A stretch of 64,000 bases of DNA. Source: Eledone cirrhosa. Taxonomy: Eukaryota. Where the stretch lies: contig OZ024741.1 of NCBI GenBank assembly GCA_964016885.1, positions 89,962,001-90,026,000 of the forward strand. The letters are read 5' to 3'. Made by a program: the position numbers and the translations under genes. Shown here one piece after another: positions 39,023 to 52,355 of the stretch (positions are counted from its first letter, which is position 1; every line of letters begins with the position of its first letter). The notes under the pieces were generated by a model. It ran no database searches. It had not been told where the DNA came from and saw only the letters and a program-made list of their open reading frames with translations.

Positions 39023-40703
39023 CTGTAGAAGAGAATCAATTGCAGGTTGAAATACAAATATTAGAATAAGAAAATACAAAATAACATTTTTTCAGAAAAA
39101 CAAAGAACTTCTGGAGAAGTGTTTCTAAAATTATAGTTTGGCACAGTCCAACAAGCTATCCTGTGTAACCACAGAACAACTAACTGTTCCTTAGCTATCC
39201 ATTTAGTTCAGTATGTTATTGCTAGGTTGATTTAACATTAAGATCTACATTCATGTAAATGAAATGAAGTAGAGAGGGTTAACTATGTTGTTTTAAGATG
39301 TAATAGTACTCTGTAATGAACATAAATGCAAAAATTATGGGTTCAGTTGCTGATACCAAAGAAATTCAATCATTACTAACCTACTGCTGTTATACATTGA
39401 TTTATTTTTAGTATCCTCATTTTCATTGTTATAGGCATAGTGTTTCAGTCATTGTATCTTCTGGCCTTCTTTAGATGCTTGTTGTATTCTGTAATGTCTC
39501 ATTCTATTGCCCATAGCTGGGGTATCCTTTTATCAATTAGTTACTTGTGATGTTGCTTGCTTGTACCACTTACATTAGAGTATATATACACATACAAACC
39601 CAAAGACTGAACTTCTGTAAAGATCTGTCAACTCTACATGTCCAATGGGGAGATCTCCCACCCACTTTGGGGTAGGTGAGAGATGTTTTCTCTAGTGAAA
39701 ATGGGTAGAGCTTTCATTATGTAAAATCTCACCATTTTGCCTCGTTTCTCCCTGTTTTAGGGCACTTCTTTTCATGGTACTCCATGTTTGGGTTTTTAGA
39801 GGTTGGCAGGTCTGCAAGTAACTTGTCATCAGGGGTTGTTTAGCTCAATAGTACAGAGTGCTCAGCTGGAATTTGGCAGGTACAATACTCTGTAGCACTG
39901 CTGGCCACTTTTTCCATCTATAAGAGTATTTTACCTGATTTTCAAAGCTATCATTTATAGCAATATACTGTGTTTACAATTATTTCCTACATTTTCTAAG
40001 CATTTCAACTTTCACTTAGCACTCAAATGTTGATTCACAAATGTAAATAATTATATTTTATCCAATCTAATGAATCTATTGGTCAGTGCAATTTTATCTT
40101 ATATTGTATTTAGTGAATACTGAAGAAAACCTGTCAAACAAAGGGTGGAAGGACATTTCAGCTGTGTCAAAGACATGACAACCTCCCGAGTGATGGTGGC
40201 ACAATGATAATGGTGACAATGATGATGATGGTGAACAAATAGAACCATTGGTTACAGGTTTCCAAACAGCAAATCATTGGGTCACTGCATTTCTGATGAC
40301 GATAGCAACAAGAGGTTGTCTATGCAGCTTGGTGCATAAATTACATTTGAAAATTCAATTTCTTTTGGTTTTCACAATGATATTTATATAGTTACACATA
40401 GAATTTGCAAACAAACACATATAGATGCACAAGTATACACACACAAACATGAGTTTCCACCAACCAAGTTACACTAAAAAGTCACTGGGCTGTCCAAGGC
40501 TATAATAGAAGATACTTGCCCAATGTACTGTGTGGTAGAATCAATCCCAGAAATACATGGTTCCTACACACAGCCATATCTAAATCTCGAATTAATTTAC
40601 TTGTGTGCAGGACAGGAAAATGATTTAGTCCACTTCCTATTTATTGTAAAAGAAGCTTCATTAAATATTGCCATGTAAATTTAAAAGATGATGTATCACT
40701 TAC

Positions 40704-40755
40704 CTCCATTCCATAAACCAAGACCTGAGGTAACTGCTTTCCCTGGTGATGGGAT
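40704..40755 (-). CDS. MICOS13: MIC13 exon 3
   Basis: CTACTTTTTCAG|ATC...GGA G|GTAAGT; encodes IPSPGKAVTSGLGLWNG(G), with the conserved WN motif. Confidence 0.88.
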
Positions 40756-40789
40756 CTGAAAAAGTAGAAATTATAAAACCACTTCATTA

Positions 40790-41978
40790 TGATAACTATT
40801 GTTGGCTATGCTCAGTGTCTAGGAAAGGAGTAGGCAGAAACTCCATTTTGTGTCCCAAATGCAAAGTATGGGTGCATAAAAGATGTAGTGGGATCACAGG
40901 TAAGCTAACTAAGAATATAGATTTTATATGTGGCCGGTGCTCTGGTGCAATAAGTAGCAGCAAATGCCCACAGAATACTAGCTCATTCCATTGCACAGAT
41001 GGTTCTATAGAAATAGTGGACACCTTCCGTTACCTGGGTGACAAAATCAGTAGTGGTGGAGGGTGCTCTGAAAGTACTGTAGCTAGAGTCCGAACGGGAT
41101 GGAAAAAGTTCAGAGAGCTTATACCACTATTGGCCGCTAAAGGTTTCTCTCTAAAAATAAAAGGCAGGCTGTATGATGCCTGCATACGAACAGCGATGTT
41201 ACATGGCAGTGAGACATGGGCCTTGTGTGCAGAGGATCTACGCAGACTGGAGAGGAACGAAGCTTGCATGCTCCATTGGATGTCTAATAGTAATATACGC
41301 GAACGGCAAAGCATAAATGAACTAAGTGAGAAATTAGGAATAAGAGGGATCAGATGCTGTTTACTCGAGAGAAGACTACGTTGGTATGGCCACGTGATGC
41401 GCATGAAAGATGACAGCTGTATAAAAAAGTGCAGGGCGATCAAAATAGACGGTAGCTACGGAGTAGGCAGACCGAGAAAAACCTGGGACGACTTGATAAA
41501 ATCCGACCTCACACACTTACACCTCTTCAAGACAATGTCACAGGACCGAGATCTTTGGCACTACACAGTAATACAGAAGACCCGCCTTGCCTAAGTACAA
41601 AGCAAAACCTATAGTCAGTAGGCACCTCTTAACCAAAATACAACCCCGCCCCAACCCTACCCGCACCGCCATCTACACCACCCCTTTCGATGTAAAGCTA
41701 TGTTGGTACCACAACATCCAGTCCTAAATAAATGAGATCGTGTAGGTGTCACAACAAAAAAAACACACAGTCCATGCTGTAATGTGGCTGTGTAGGAAAC
41801 ACGGTAAAAACCTCCCAGTCCACACTGTAAACGTGGTTGGTGTTAGGAAGGGCATCCAGCCGTAGAAAACCCGCCAGACAGTTCTGAGCAAGACAACCAA
41901 TCTTGCCTCAAGTGGGACAATTCCCGTCCAGACCCATGCTAGTGTGGAAAATGGACGTTAAACGATGATGATGATGAT
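40790..41978 (+). mobile_element. RTE-clade LINE 3' portion with PHD-like finger, ending in (GAT)n; in MIC13 intron 2, antisense
   Basis: ORF 40746..41594: FRYLGD, GWKKFREL, MLHGSETW, RRLRWYGHVMRM, GRPRKTW; 3' end GGACGTTAAACGATGATGATG. Confidence 0.9.
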
Positions 41979-42279
41979 TGTTCTTTAATTGCCACCAATA
42001 CCACCACTATCATTGCTGCTGCCACCACAACCATCACCACTCTCACAATTACCAGCATTATTATTTGGTTGAATAGTTAGAGCACTGGACAAAATGCTTA
42101 GTGGCATTTCTTCTGACTGCCTATATTCTGTGTTCAAATCTTACAGAGGTCTACTTTGCCTAGGTTCAATAAAGTAACGCACCAGTCAACCACTGGATCG
42201 ATATAATCGAATTATCCCACACCCTAAAATTATAAAACATTATAATTATTATTGACAATAGTTTCCTTGCTGATGGATG

Positions 42280-42452
42280 TAGTGCTGCCAACTCTGTAAA
42301 GTGTATCACTCCAGATATTTTGGCACCTTGTTTACATATATTTTGAAGTTGGTGAAAATTGTCAAAACATTGACCCTGAATATAAGCACCCATCATTTTA
42401 CCATCGATTTTTTGGTCACATATTCCTCGGCTTATATTCGAGTATATACAGT
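42280..42452. mobile_element. Tc1/pogo (Tigger-like) MITE end
   Basis: Terminus CTCGGCTTATATTCGAGTATATACAGTA. Confidence 0.4.
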
Positions 42453-43452
42453 AAGTCCTTCATAGGCAACATTCCCAAATAATAATAATACCTGATTATG
42501 ACACCAAAGTGAACTAAAATAATTGGCTCCATGACACAACATAATGCTTGCAGTATATATGAACAGATGACCTCTAAGTAACACATAAAACAACAGTGGT
42601 CACTTGCAATCTCATATGACTTGGTAGAATGTACTATGCATTTTTTAAAGGTTTTAGGTGCCCTACGATCAAATATAGACACCCTCTCAACCTCCACTAA
42701 TTCACATCTAGGGTGTGACAGCTAGAAGGAGAGAGGGCTGCACAAGCCCTAGGCAGATACTTTTTTTATTGACTACGAAAGGATAAAAGGCAAAATAGCT
42801 CTCGGTGAGATTTAAACTCTGAATATAGAGATATGAATAAATATCCAACACCCTAACGACTCTGCCAAATTGATCACCTACACAATACATATAATGCAGT
42901 ATATATGACCTCTAAGTTATACATATAATGGTAATACATGACTATATAACCTCTAAATTATACATATAATGGTGTAAACATGAACATATGACCTCTAACT
43001 AGGTAGTTTAATACCTTTCCACCTCTGGGACTGAAAGATATGGTCTTACTCTAAGATGATATTGGCAGAGACATTAGAGCACAAGATTAATTGCCTAGTG
43101 GTATTTATTTCAGCTCCCTGCACTTTGCGTTCAATTCATATCAAGGTCAACTTGGCCTTTCATCTTTTTGCGATCAATAAATAAGTGCCATTCCAGTATA
43201 GTGGATTTGCAGAATTATTAGAGCATTGGTTGGGATACTTTGCAGTACCTGTTTCAGTTTTGTACATACTGGGCTCAAATCTGGCATCCTGTTAACATAA
43301 AAATCGCGACTTGATAGGATTGGGAGGAGCGAAGAGGGAGCTGGACCCCCCCCCCCCAAAAAAAAAAAACATCTGAGATATGAACTAAGTATAAAGAGAG
43401 AAATTTGATTTTTATATAACCAGATCAACTGATCATGAATAAGCTATGTCTT

Positions 43453-43684
43453 CAACACTTAACGTCCTGTACCACATGAAACTGCATTAGCAAAATATTC
43501 TTGAAAATTACAAAACTACTATTACTGCATCACATTATCACATTAAAAATTCAAGTCTTTACTCCAATACTGCACATTTTCACAATGATCTGTCCAGTAG
43601 TAGACATACTGTAAACATTTGAATTTACAAACCTGTTGTTGTAAGATAGTTTTTGCTAAATCATTACAAGATGTTAAGAGTTAA
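43453..43684 (+). mobile_element. ~230-bp MITE with TTAA-ended TIRs (piggyBac-like)
   Basis: CTTAACGTCC...GATGTTAAGAGTTAA; homologous copies at ~45350-45564 and ~60043-60264. Confidence 0.6.
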
Positions 43685-43696
43685 CTGCAGTCTTAC

Positions 43697-43844
43697 CTTG
43701 CTGATGTATTCTGTAGCTGTGGCAGGGAGAATAGTTTCACGGACATTTTCCAACGCTGCAGAACCTTCACCAGTATCACTCCAAACTCCCTGCTTAACAG
43801 TGTAGTAGACAGCACCACCAGCAACTGCTACTTTAGCTGAATTT
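43697..43844 (-). CDS. MICOS13: MIC13 exon 2
   Basis: TTATTTCCAG|A...AAG|GTAAG; encodes NSAKVAVAGGAVYYTVKQGVWSDTGEGSAALENVRETILPATATEYISK, matching the KxxVAGGAVY...QG.W signature of QIL1/MIC13. Confidence 0.92.
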
Positions 43845-44704
43845 CTGGAAATAATTATAAGTAAAACAAATCAGTATGGTTTGTACAGGTCTGTAATTTT
43901 AAATATCTCTATATGAATTTCTGGAAAACATTTTAATTTTCATATTGGACCTCCATGATGATGAGTTCCAATATTTTGATCAATCGAACAGCTGGCCCAT
44001 GAAATTGATGTGTAAATGGTTGAGCATTACACAAACACATGTACCCTTAACTTAATTCTAAAGTAGATTCTGCATGAGATAGTGTGTAACAAGGCTAGCC
44101 ATTTGAAATACAGGTATAGTCTATCCGATGGGCTGCCCAAAGTTTCTGTCTACCAAATTTTACTCCCAAAGCATGAGTTGACTAGAAACTATGCAACGAG
44201 ATTGAACCAAATGCCTAATGACTGCAAAGTGAACATAACCATTTGGCCATGCTGCACCTACTAATTCTTTTACAGTTGGATTATGGATGAAAATATTGCG
44301 AAATAAGACAAGCAAGAAGGCTCCCCCGCCACAGACCCCCCCCCCCCAAAAAAAAAACCTATAGACAACTGAAGAATGAATAATTCAAAGTCATAATTTC
44401 ATAGTTGAGATTCACCACAAGATAATGTTTAGGGTGCTAGTCTGTGGATTGAGGTCTTTAGTTTCAATTACTGTTGATAACTTAAGGGACTTAATGTAAA
44501 TACTGCAGCATTTATGAATTAAATCATCATTGTTTGTCTTTTTATGTCCACTTTTCCATGCTGGTATGGGTTGGATGTAACTTTTTAAAACAGTATTTTA
44601 CAGATAGAGGCTTTTCCTGAAGTCCATACTTATAGTTGCTTCTTCCTGCATGCAGGGATATGGTATATCTATTTAAACAACTGAGATACATACTGTTTAG
44701 ATTT

Positions 44705-45065
44705 ATAATTGTTTCTACTTTTGGCACAAGGCCAGCAATTACCCAGTACATTACTGGTACTTTATTTTATCGACCCCGTAAGGATGAAAGGCAAAGTTAA
44801 TCTCGGCGGGATTTGAACTCAGACTGTAAAGGGACGTAACTATGCTAGAAAACATGGCGTCCAACCCTCTACCGATACTGCCAATAATTGTTTCTACTTT
44901 AGGCACAAGGCCAGCAATTACCCAGTGCATTACTGGTACTTTATTTTTATCGACCCCGTAAGGATGAAAGGTAAAGTCAACCTCGACGGGATTTGAACTC
45001 AGATCGTAAAGGGACGTAACTATGCTGGAAAGCATGGCATCCGACCCTGTACCGATACTGCCAAT
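44705..45065 (-). mobile_element. Head-to-tail pair of major SINEs
   Basis: Two reverse-complement consensus copies joined at ~44885. Confidence 0.85.
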
Positions 45066-46246
45066 AATGATATCAAGATAAACTCTAATTTGAAACAAAT
45101 ATAGAACACATACACAGATAGGGCTTGAAATCCCTATCTATTGTAATTATTGAGTGCAGATAGTGTAATTAATATAAGAGCAAAAAACAACCTATTTCAT
45201 CATCATCATCATCGTTTAACGTCTATCTTCCATACTAGCATGGGTTTAGACGTAAAATGTTTCAAGATGGTGCTCTACCTTAGCCATAGAACATAATTTG
45301 AGAAGCGGGAACAGCACACACGTTAGTCTAATAAGTAATAGAGTCACCTAACGTTTGATGTCCTGTGCTACATGAAACCACATTAGCAAGACATTATTGA
45401 AAAGTACAAAAGAACACTATGAGTGTATCACATTAAAAATGAAAGTATTTAATACTGCGAATTTTCAATGATCTGTCCACTAGTAAAGATACTATAAACA
45501 TATGAATTAACAAACCAGGTTTTAGATATTTTCTGCAAAATCCTTACAAGGTATCAAGAGTTAATTAACAACTTTATACATGCAACACTTAGAAAAAATA
45601 ACTGTATCAGATTAAAAATTCTAATGCAAATTTTCATAACAATCTGTCCACTAATATGTATATATGAACCCGTAACTCCTGATAGAGTCATCGGGGCAGT
45701 GTAGTGAGATACAGTATGTCTTGTGCATTTAAAACCTGGCAGAGCTCACTCCTCTCTAGATCTGAGCACAGCTAGTTTCTTGCTGTGAAGGAGAAAGAAA
45801 GGAAGAGAAGAAGAGTTATAGAGGAAGAATAAATCCCAGTACTGGACTGGTACCTCTTTTATCAACCTTGAAAGCATGTAAGGCAAAGTTAACCTCAGTA
45901 GGTTTTGCACTTAGAGCACAGAGAGCTAAAACAAATACCACAAAGCATTCTAACAATTTTGCCAATTTGACACCTATATTTTTATAAGAAAGCTATTGAA
46001 TCCTAGTTCTAAAATTTCTACAGAAGTTAGATAATATTCAACAGTATAAGCATCAATTTGAGAAAAGAAAAGTAGCATAATAGTATCTGAACAACATATT
46101 ATTTTCTTGTTAACTCTTAACATCTCGTAAGGATTCTTTGACTGGCTTCAGACACTGGGCTGTGGCTAAGGTAGAGCACCATCTTGAAACATTTTAGTCA
46201 TGTATACATACACAAACACCCACGTGTGTATATGTATACATGCACA

Positions 46247-46277
<31 letters not shown>

Positions 46278-47370
46278 ATATATACATCATCATTTAACAT
46301 CTTTTTTTCCATGCAGGCATGGGTTGGATTGGTCACTCAGACTAAGTACATACTTTATCAGAATTACTGTCCTCTGAGACATGGTGTGAGTGTGGGTGGG
46401 GGGTGGGGGTTTACACCTCACATACCTTCCAGTTTAGGTATGGTTTCTACAGCTGGATGTACTTCCTATCACTAACCACTTTACAGCGTGCATTGAGTGC
46501 ATTTTATCATAGCACAAGCCATAAGGAGGCTGTCATGTGCTTGACACAACTGTAGAGTTCTCTTAATCCTTCAGCAAGTTTTTTTTTATGGCTGGATGTC
46601 CTTCCTAATGCCAACCATTTTACAGAGTGTATTGGATGCATATTTCATGGCACTACCACTAGAGAGGTTGTTGGTCATCTGATTTGATTGAAAATCCCCC
46701 TGTACTCTATAGGGAGATGCCTTGTCACAAGGTGAGAATGGGACAAGGATAAGAAGAATGGCAAGTATGAATGTATTTTCACAGCCCATATTATCTACCA
46801 GGTAAAACTCCTAGTAAGAGGAGAAACAAACATGAAGTATTTTATTCACGCCCACAACATGCTGCTTGGTCCAGGAATCGAGCTCACAACCTTATGATCA
46901 AGAGTTCACCATCCTCACCACTAAGCCATGCACCTTCACCTGTTTATTAAACATTGGCAATTTTATCACAAACAGACACCATATCAATAACTTCAGGCTT
47001 TGAAATTAAAGTATATGGAGCTAACGATAATGAGAAAGTGAAAACAACAAACCTTTGGCTTTTTGAGTTACTGAAATGATTAAGTTTCACTTTACCGCGG
47101 ACACTTCTAAGTTGCTTTTAAATGTGTATGTATTTCATGTACTTTAAAAATATTTTTACATGAAGTCTCGTATAAAAAATTATGAGGGGTGATGGTTAAA
47201 AATTCCTTTTTTTAACGTACGTAATATGTAAATTTATTAGGAAATTCGAACCATAACATATATGTAATGACTTCGACACGATATTTTCGCTTTCTTATTT
47301 CGAGCCCTAATGTCAAGGATTCTCAATAATAGATATTTAGTGGAACTAAATACACTAGAATGAAATAGAT

Positions 47371-47556
47371 ATAATTGTTTCTACTTTAGGCACAAGGCCA
47401 ATAATTACCCAGTGCATTACTGGTACTTTATTTTATCGACCCCGTAAGGATGAAAGGCAAAGTTAACCTCGGCGGAATTTGAATTCAGACCATAAAGGGC
47501 CGTAACTCTATGCTGCAAGGCATGGTGTCTGACCCTCTACCGATACTCCCAATCCA
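47371..47556 (-). mobile_element. Major SINE, short form
   Basis: Reverse complement of the consensus. Confidence 0.85.
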
Positions 47557-48487
47557 CTGAATGTACTCTTATAGATCTGACCCCGTTTAGAAAACAGTTT
47601 ATTCGTTAAAATGGAGGTAATGAAATGATATTTAACTAGATATCGGAAACCGAGATAAATATACCTTACGATATTTCATTATGACCTTTGAAATTCTAGT
47701 TCAAATTCACCCTAGGATGATTGATTTTGATTCTTCTGAGTTTGATAAAATAAATACCAGTGAAATAATGTGCCTTGTAATTAAGTAAGAAATTATTAAT
47801 ATCAGTACTATCGCACCACAGAAAACCTCATATTATTAATGTGCTAAAACATGATACAGTTTCGGCAAATTATTAATGCATAATTATAATTAACGTTCGT
47901 TTTGGATGAGGTGGATGGAGGAGTGAAAAATAGAACTATGTTCTACCAGAATATGAATAAATTGTTGTACTGAAAAAAACACAAAAACAATGTACCCTTC
48001 ATTACTTGAGGTATTAAGTACGTGCTTCTCTTGCTTAATGGCTAATCGAAGGCTGTTGAGAAATGTCAACTGTCTGAAACATTGACCCCCCCCCCTCTTA
48101 ACTATTGTGTTAGCAAGATGCACAAACATTGACACTTTTACAACCAAATAGAATACTACGTTCAGAACAAAAGCTCACTTTTCTTTTCTTTCTTTTTTAA
48201 CAAGTAAAGGAACAGTCATTTGAAATTACCTCAATACATTACTTGTATTTATTTTGTAATTGTTGATGGAATAAATGTTGAAGGTAAATATCGACCTAGA
48301 GATAGGATATTGAAAATAACTAAGGTCGTAAAGACACGTGCATGAATACATGGTTGGGGCGAGGTTACTGCTCCAACTAACGCTACTGTCTCTGGTAAAA
48401 CCATTGATATATCACTGACAGAATACAGTTAGACTCCATAGTAAAACATATATCTATATATCATCAAATATTTACTACAATACTTAC

Positions 48488-48513
48488 ATCATAACATTGG
48501 AAAAAGTCGCCAT
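48488..48513 (-). CDS. MICOS13: MIC13 exon 1 (start codon)
   Basis: AAGATGGCG Kozak-like start; ATG GCG ACT TTT TCC AAT GTT ATG AT|GTAAGT; phase 2 matches exon 2. Spliced CDS 26+148+52+104 = 330 nt = 109 aa. Confidence 0.85.
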
Positions 48514-50487
48514 CTTCTACTCTGCTAATGTTTAAAGTACAAACTAATCGATAACAAAGTAGTGAATAGTTGAACAATGACAAATCCATGACTGTTGTAA
48601 CACGAATAAATAAACATTTTTGTAACACGAATATGAACTATAAAAATTGGTTGAATAAAAAAACACACACACAATAATGGTGATATGGAATTTAAAAAAG
48701 AAATAAAATTTGAGGTTATTTTTTTAAATTTCTCGATTTGTTTTGCCTTTTTACTCTAGACAAGGGGGATAATCTATTCCTTTAAATGAGAGGTTTCATT
48801 AAAGTAATCTCCCTTATATTCTAGGTCGTTATTGCATTCTCTTGACAAATGCAGATTTAATGTTGTTTTGCCTTAGATCAGCCTTGATCCGGCAGACCCA
48901 TGATATTACTGGTATGAGTTTATACAGTAACATTATCAGCTATTTTCTAAGTAAAACATTAGTTAAAATCCAATTATCCACGTCATGTGTTTATATTAAT
49001 GACTCAAAGTGAGAGGCTCTGCATGGTCGTTCAGCGTATAAAAAATAGCAACCATTCTCACTAAATTGCACGCTACAAACACGAAAACAACAACAACAAC
49101 AACAACAAAAACGATAAATGTTCCAATTATTCAATCAAAGTAACAGCTTGCTCATGAAAATAACGGGTAAATGTCTGAGCATTATACAGACAAGTACCTA
49201 TAAGTTAATTCTCAGGGAAATTCGGTGTGTGACAAGACTAGCCTTTTGAATTACAGGCAACATCCGACGGGCTTCCAAACAATTTCCATCTCTCAAATTT
49301 CACTCACAAGGTACGGGTCGATTAGAAGTGATGGTAAATGACACTTGCCTAAGATGCCATGCAGTGGTATCTAACCCGAGACCTAATGACTGCGAAGCAA
49401 AATTCTTAACCATTTGGCTATGTTGCGTCCGCTACTCGAAAAAGAAAAGATACATTGAATAACATAATTTTAGACACGGTTTTTAAGTAAGACAAGGGAT
49501 AGTAGGTCTGTTCTACCAGGGTTGAACTTCTGGAGAAAAGAAACACTATAAGAATTTAGATACTCAACAATGAATTAGGTGCAGGCAAGGACCAGTGGTT
49601 AAGTTGTTCGCACCACGTGATTCCGGATCCAGTCCCATTGTACAGCACCTGGGCTAAGTGTCTTCTACTATAGTTTTGGTTGACGGAAAATACAGAAGTC
49701 TGTTGCGCACACACACACATGTAAGTATGTGTGTGTGCGGGGGAAGTATGTATACACACACACACATATATGTGTATATATATTGTCACGATACTCCCCA
49801 GTGCTACTGATAATATAAAATCCTGTACAACTCGTAGCATGGTCGGGTCGTCGACAATTAAACCGGAAACCCCTCGAATCTTGGAGAGGAGGGTGATTTT
49901 GGGATACCCTTCGAGTTGAAAAACAAAACCCAGTAAAAGGCAGAGGAAGTCAGCCATCCAATTGTGTGTAAAGAAAATGATAGGCAGATCTCGGCACACC
50001 TCGGCAGCTTTGATTGGCAGTGTGTTTAGAAGGATCACTTTAATTTCAAAAGTGGGGTAAAAGGGACTTCTTAGTCACCTTGGTGAAAAACTATCAAGTG
50101 GCTAATGGTTTCATCCTTGTGATGAAAGCGAATGAGATGTGGCTCGGTAACCAGTTTCCGAGTAATGGTTGGACCTGTATCCAGACCCACTGACGTCACT
50201 CTTTTCCTGAATGAGTATCATGTGTATACAACATAATAATTTTCTGCAATGAGGATGGTAAGAGACCAAACTAGGCTGTATGTATGTATTATGATCTTTT
50301 CTTCTTTTCGGGCTATAGCTACTATTGTTCAGAGAGTGGGGTTGACTCAGTGCACAGTCTTTCCTCACTTTAAAAAAAATCTTCACGCACAGGCATTGCA
50401 CGATAGCATTAATTGATAATTATTAATAATGGTATATCGTGCAATGGCCATACACGATAACGAGGGGGCAGCCACTATGTATGTATG

Positions 50488-52158
50488 TTCTTCTGGTTTT
50501 ATAATTTCACAAAGTTTTACCAATAGAGAGAGAGAGTCGGTTTCTAACATAGACACAAGACTCTCTCATTGGAATTTACACAACATCAACAAGATAGATA
50601 TGTATGTATGTCTGCATGTGTAAATATGGATGTTATTGTATGTGTGGATGTGTATGTTTTGAGTTGTATATGTGCATGTGTATATGCTTTGCATCTGTAC
50701 ATGTGTATATGCAGTTATTAGATGCAACATTTTTGGAATGTTTTACATATTTTTACTGTTCCATTAATGGATTGTACTTGTAGTTTCCTAACTAGTTGTG
50801 TTCTTTCTGTTCCTGTGAAGCCTAGCTTCTCAAGATTTGTATTGAGCAGTTCCTAACATATCCCAGTGCCCCAATAATCACAGGCATAAATCTGAAGGTG
50901 TAATCAGGGTGGAGTATCTGCAGATTTCTCATCAGTTCTGCATAAATATTCTCCTTTTCACTAATCTTTGATATTATATTGGCATCTGCTGGGCAGCTAA
51001 TATCCACTACTGTGCATGTTTTCTTCTCCCTGTCCCATATCATAATATCTGGTCTGTTATGCCTGCATTTTATTGGGGTTTTTACTGGAACATTCCACCA
51101 GTACTCTTTCATATTATATACATGGATGTCTTCCACATTGTTGTAGCTTTTAATGTGTTTATTATCGGGGCTATCTTTTTTACGAACTGCATTGTACAGT
51201 GTTTTGGCCACTACATCATGCCTCATAGGTAGATAGTACCGCGATGACATCTTTGGGCAGCTGCTGATGACATGGATGATATCCTCGATGTTAGTTCTGC
51301 AGAGTCTGCACTTGTTATCACATCTAGGTGTTTTGCCTGCATCCCTATCTCTTTTGTGAATCAGGTATTTCGTGCTAATCTCCTGTTCTTGGATTGCAAA
51401 AGCGTATCCTTTAAAGTGGGAGCCAATATAGCGGTTGTTGGTCCAAGATAGACTACTTTCCTTATCTATATTATTCTCACTCTGGAGCTTCCTGGCAACA
51501 TATCCATGCATGATTTTTTGCTGATAGGCATGCAGTTTTTCATCCATGGATTCACTGCGATACTGCTGAGCGACATCCCTGTGTGTGAGTTTTTGATTAT
51601 CACACAGGGAATATCTCTCAAGGAGTTCCTTCCCAACTCTCATGATCTTATCTGTTTCATGCAGATAGACTTGCTCGAGAAGCGGGCTCCTACGCTTCGA
51701 GGTTCGTAGATGTTGTCGGAGAGATGTGATGCGACATTCAAATGTTGTCTGGACTGATGTTAGGCCTCTGCCACCCTGCTTACGTTTCAAGTAAAGGCGG
51801 TCTATGTCACTGTTGATGTGGAAGTTTCCGGTGATGTTCAGTATTTTTCGAGTTCCAACATCAACTGCTCGGATTTCGTCTATCGTCCAATTGAGTATTC
51901 CAAACGTTGGTGTTAGGACAGGCACAGCAAACACATTGTGAGCCACTGTTTTGTTTTGCGCAGATAGTTCCGATGACTAGATCTTTCTTAATCGGGTGTA
52001 GTATTCCCTGGTTACGCGTTCTTTATTACAGATACCATTATAGGATATGTTCTCATCTATCCCCAGGTATCTGTAGCAGTCCTCATCAGATATCAGTGAA
52101 ACAGTTAGACCATTGATGACAATGTTGCTAGATTGGGTTGTTGTTTTTCCCCGCTTTG
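50488..52158 (-). mobile_element. R4/Dong-clade non-LTR retrotransposon, 5'-truncated copy 1, embedded in (TATG)n
   Basis: ORF 50822..51946: RLYLKRKQGGRGL, AIQEQEISTK, CRLC...HVISSC, RHDVVA, NRPDI...VVDISCP (CCHC + restriction-like endonuclease); TATG repeats at both junctions. Confidence 0.88.
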
Positions 52159-52355
52159 TATGTATGTATGTATGTATGTATGTTTTGTTTTTAGTCCTGC
52201 AGGATGTCCAAAGCCACCCTCCTCACAAAGAAACCTTGGTGGGATTGCCAGTTGAGTCGCCAACGACCCGACCATGGGACAGGTTGTACTGGAATACATG
52301 TTACCAGTAGCATAAACTTGTCAAAAGGCAAAGAGGCTCTTAAGAGTCAATAGCC

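Noticed and set aside
40746-41594. 282-aa ORF as a host gene
   Set aside because: It is a 5'-truncated RTE ORF; its first ~15 codons are chance read-in from the MIC13 exon 3 antisense strand and intron.
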